Shown: one piece after another, positions 61,401 to 64,000 of the stretch
Layout: each line of letters starts with the position of its first letter
How positions within the stretch are numbered: position 1 is the first letter of the stretch
NCBI GenBank assembly: GCA_009914755.4
Contig: CP068257.2
Location: 1,856,001 to 1,920,000, forward strand
From: the human T2T-CHM13v2.0 reference genome, Homo sapiens
Direction: 5' to 3'
DNA: 64,000 nt
Position numbers and translations under genes: made by a program
The notes under the pieces: generated by a model
What the model was told of the DNA's origin: nothing
The model's database searches: none
What the model saw: only the letters and a program-made list of their open reading frames with translations

Positions 61401-61554
61401 TTATATTATATACTGTACATAAAATAAAGTCCCCAAGGTATATATTCTATACTGTAGAAAAAATATCAAAGTACCCAAAGCATGTATTATATACTGTATA
61501 TAAAATATGAAAGTACATCAAATATATATTTTATTCTGTACATAATATATCAAA

Positions 61555-63150
61555 GTACACCAGATATATATTCTATAGTGTACATAAAATAACAAAGTAC
61601 AAAAACTATAAATTATATACTGTACATAAAATATGGTATTACATCAAATATATATTAGCTACATAAAATATGAAAGTACATCAAATATAGATTATATACT
61701 GTACATAAAATTTCAATGTACCCCAAATATATATTTTATACTCTACATGAAATATCAAAGTTCACAAACCATATATTATATACTGTACATAAAATATCAA
61801 AGTACCCAAGGTATATATTCTATACTATACAAAAAATATCAAAGTACCCAAAGCATGTATTATATACTGTACCTAAAATATGAAAGTACATCAAATATAT
61901 ATTTTATTCTGTACATAAAATATCAAAGTACACCAGATATACATTCTATAGTGTACATAAAATATCAAAGTACCCAAACTATACATTATATACTGTACAT
62001 AAAATATGAAATTACATCAAATATATTTTATATTAGGTACATAAAATATGAAAGTACATCAAATATAGATTATATACTGTACATTAAATACCAAAGTACC
62101 CCAAATATATATTTTATACTGTACATGAAATATCAAAGTTCACAAACTATATATTATATACTGTACATATAATATCAAAGTACCCAAGGTATATATTCTA
62201 TACTGTACAAAAAATAACAAAGTACCAAAAGCATGTATAATATACTGTACATAAAATATGAAAGTACATCAAATATATATTTTATTCTGTACATAAAATA
62301 TCAAAGTACACCAGATATATATTCTATAGTGTACATAAAATATCAAAGTACCCAAACTATACATTATATACTGTACATAAAATATGAAATTACATCAAAT
62401 ATATATTATATTAGGTACATAAAATATGAAAGTACATCAAGTATAGATTATATACTGTACATTAAATACCAAAGTACCCCAAATATATATTTTATACTGT
62501 ACATGAAATATCAAAGTTCACAAACTATATATTATATACTGTACATAAATTATCAAAGTACCCAAGGTATATATTCTATACTGTACAAAAAATATCAAAG
62601 TACCCAAAGCATGTATTATATACTGTACATAAAATATGAAAGTACATCAAATATATATTTTATTCTGTACATAATATATCAAAGTACACCAGATATATAT
62701 TCTATAGTGTACATAAAATAACAAAGAACACAAACTATACATTATATACTGTACATAAAATATGAAATTACATCAAATATATATTAGGTGCATAAAATAT
62801 GAAAGTACATCAAATATAGATTATATACTGTACATAAAATATCAATGTACCCCAAATATATATTTTATACTATATATGAAATATCAAAGTTCACAAACCA
62901 TATATTGTATACTGTACATAAAATATCAAAGTACCCAAGGTATATGTTCTATACTGTACAAAAAATATCAAAGTACCCAAAGCATGTATTATATACTGTA
63001 CATAAAATATGAAAGTACATCAAATATATATTTTATTCCGTACATAAAATATCAAAGTACACCAGATATATATTCTATAGTGTACATAAAATATCAAAGT
63101 ACACAAACTATACATTATATACTGTACATAAAATATGAAATTACATCAAA
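61555..63150 (+). repeat. Partner copy of 54000-55600 (offset 7555).
   Basis: As above. Confidence 0.65.
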
Positions 63151-64000
63151 TATATATTATATAAGGTACATAAAATATGAAAGTACATCAAATATAGATT
63201 ATATACTGTACAATAAATACCAAAGAACCCCAAATATATATTATATACTGTACATTAAATACCAAAGAACCCAAAATATATATTATATACTCTACATGAA
63301 ATATCAAAGTTCACAAACTATATATTATATACTGTACATATAATATCAAAGTACCCAAGGTATATATTCTATACTGTACAAAAAATATCAAAGTACCCAA
63401 AGCATGTATTATATACAGTACATAAAATATGAAAGTACATCAAATATATATTTTATTCTGTACATAAAATATCAAAGTACACCAGATATATATTCTATAG
63501 TGTACATAAAATAACAAAGTACACAAACTATACATTATATACTGTACATAAAATATGAAATTACATCAAATATATATTAGGTACATAAAATATGAAAGTA
63601 CATCAAATATAGATTATATACTGTACATGAAATATCAAAGTACCCCAATATATATTTTATACTCTACATGAAATACCAAAGTTCACAAACCATATATTAT
63701 ATACTGTACATAAAATATCAAAGTACCCAAGGTATATATTCTATACTGTACAAAAAATATCAAAGTACCCAAAGCATGTATTATATACTGTACATAAAAT
63801 ATGAAAGTACATCAAATATGTATTTTATTCTGTACATAAAATATCAAAGTACACCAGATATATATTCTATAGTGTACATAAAATATCAAAGTACCCAAAC
63901 TATACATTATATACTGTACATAAAATATGAAATTACATCAAATATATATTATATTAGGTACATAAAATATGAAAGTACATCAAATATAGATTATATACTG

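Larger units (their letters stand above)
1..64000. repeat. AT-rich tandem satellite array: ~42-bp monomers (variants 37-43 bp), mostly organised as a 9-monomer higher-order repeat (~372-378 bp). About 1,500 monomers, all head-to-tail in one orientation, with no interspersed unique sequence.
   Basis: Direct reading: the core 'gtacataaaatat(c/g)aaagtac' recurs every ~42 bp across the whole window. The six-frame track shows a 14-aa periodicity (e.g. ILYIKYQSTQGIYS / ILYKKYQSTQSMYY) throughout. The reverse-complement core (atattttatgtac) was never seen. Confidence 0.97.

Noticed and set aside
227-63343. More than 120 plus-strand ORFs (62-432 aa) encoding Tyr/Ile/Lys/Ser-rich 14-aa-periodic 'proteins' (e.g. 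2754..3824, 52574..53872, 57081..58379, 60129..61427).
   Set aside because: They translate the 42-bp (14-codon) satellite monomer in its one stop-free frame. They are contiguous with each other and have no unique flanks. The composition is extreme low-complexity. ORF boundaries coincide with variant monomers (the I' TAA, the E-del TAA, the 37- and 41-bp frameshifting monomers). I did not recognise this periodic sequence as any real protein family.
1-64000. Possible CRISPR array (regular short direct repeats).
   Set aside because: The repeats are contiguous with no unique spacers. The monomers are diverged from each other in a fixed nine-type order rather than identical. No leader or cas genes are present. 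AT-rich HOR satellite organisation is eukaryotic.
1-64000. Coding minisatellite or repetitive structural protein (silk-like or antifreeze-like Tyr-rich repeats).
   Set aside because: The frame is repeatedly broken by stops and frame shifts at irregular intervals. There is no start or termination context and no unique N- or C-terminal coding sequence. ~75-80 % A+T with TA-rich codons is inconsistent with a real repetitive-protein gene.
1-64000. TATA-box-like promoters or regulatory sites ('tatatatt', 'tataaaa').
   Set aside because: They occur once or more in every monomer as part of the repeat consensus. This is compositional, with no basis for calling individual regulatory elements.
1-64000. 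Telomeric repeats, rDNA, tRNA, or transposon insertions or terminal inverted repeats inside the array.
   Set aside because: No TTAGGG/TTTAGGG-type runs, no GC-rich structured RNA-like segment and no inverted-orientation copies were seen. Every segment I examined retains the gtacataaaatat monomer core.

Overview
All 64 kb of this window is one uninterrupted, uniformly oriented AT-rich satellite array; no coding or RNA-gene system is present. From the monomer consensus I estimate roughly 20-25 % G+C; this was not computed over the window.

Monomer and higher-order repeat (HOR):
- The basic monomer is ~42 bp, with a consensus core gtacataaaatat[c/g]aaagtacc...tatatatt.tatact. Length variants of 37, 39, 41 and 43 bp occur.
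- There are about 1,500 monomers.
- Nine diverged monomer types, which I label A-I, recur in a fixed order. Together they form a higher-order repeat of ~372-378 bp.
- A 6-monomer HOR variant (A-F, ~251 bp) is present only in the first ~20 kb.

Super-repeats:
- Above the HOR level the array is built from multi-kb, near-identical super-repeats and segmental copies.
- The copy offsets I measured are about 3206, 9248, 4247, 2752, 2584, 3844-4012, 3383, 748, 4507 and 7555 bp.
- Diagnostic variant monomers mark the block boundaries. They also split the array into at least two domains, roughly 1-27 kb and 27-64 kb.

Things I did not find:
- I see no protein-coding gene, rRNA, tRNA, CRISPR array, transposon insertion, telomeric repeat or inverted block.
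- Every ORF in the supplied six-frame track is an artefact of the repeat. The 42-bp monomer is exactly 14 codons, and one frame of the consensus is stop-free. The result is Tyr/Ile/Lys-rich pseudo-proteins whose starts and stops track the positions of variant monomers.
- I cannot substantiate an 'undescribed biological system' of the gene-cassette kind.

What is worth attention is the array architecture. It has a conserved half-monomer box, linked variant pairs, domain-restricted marker monomers, recombinant mosaics, and very recent kb-scale duplications. The sequence looks like eukaryotic (peri)centromeric or other heterochromatic satellite DNA. I cannot assign the organism or the satellite family from memory.

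All block coordinates are read by eye, anchored on repeated ORF-track coordinates and sequence landmarks. Treat them as accurate to roughly one monomer (about ±50 bp).
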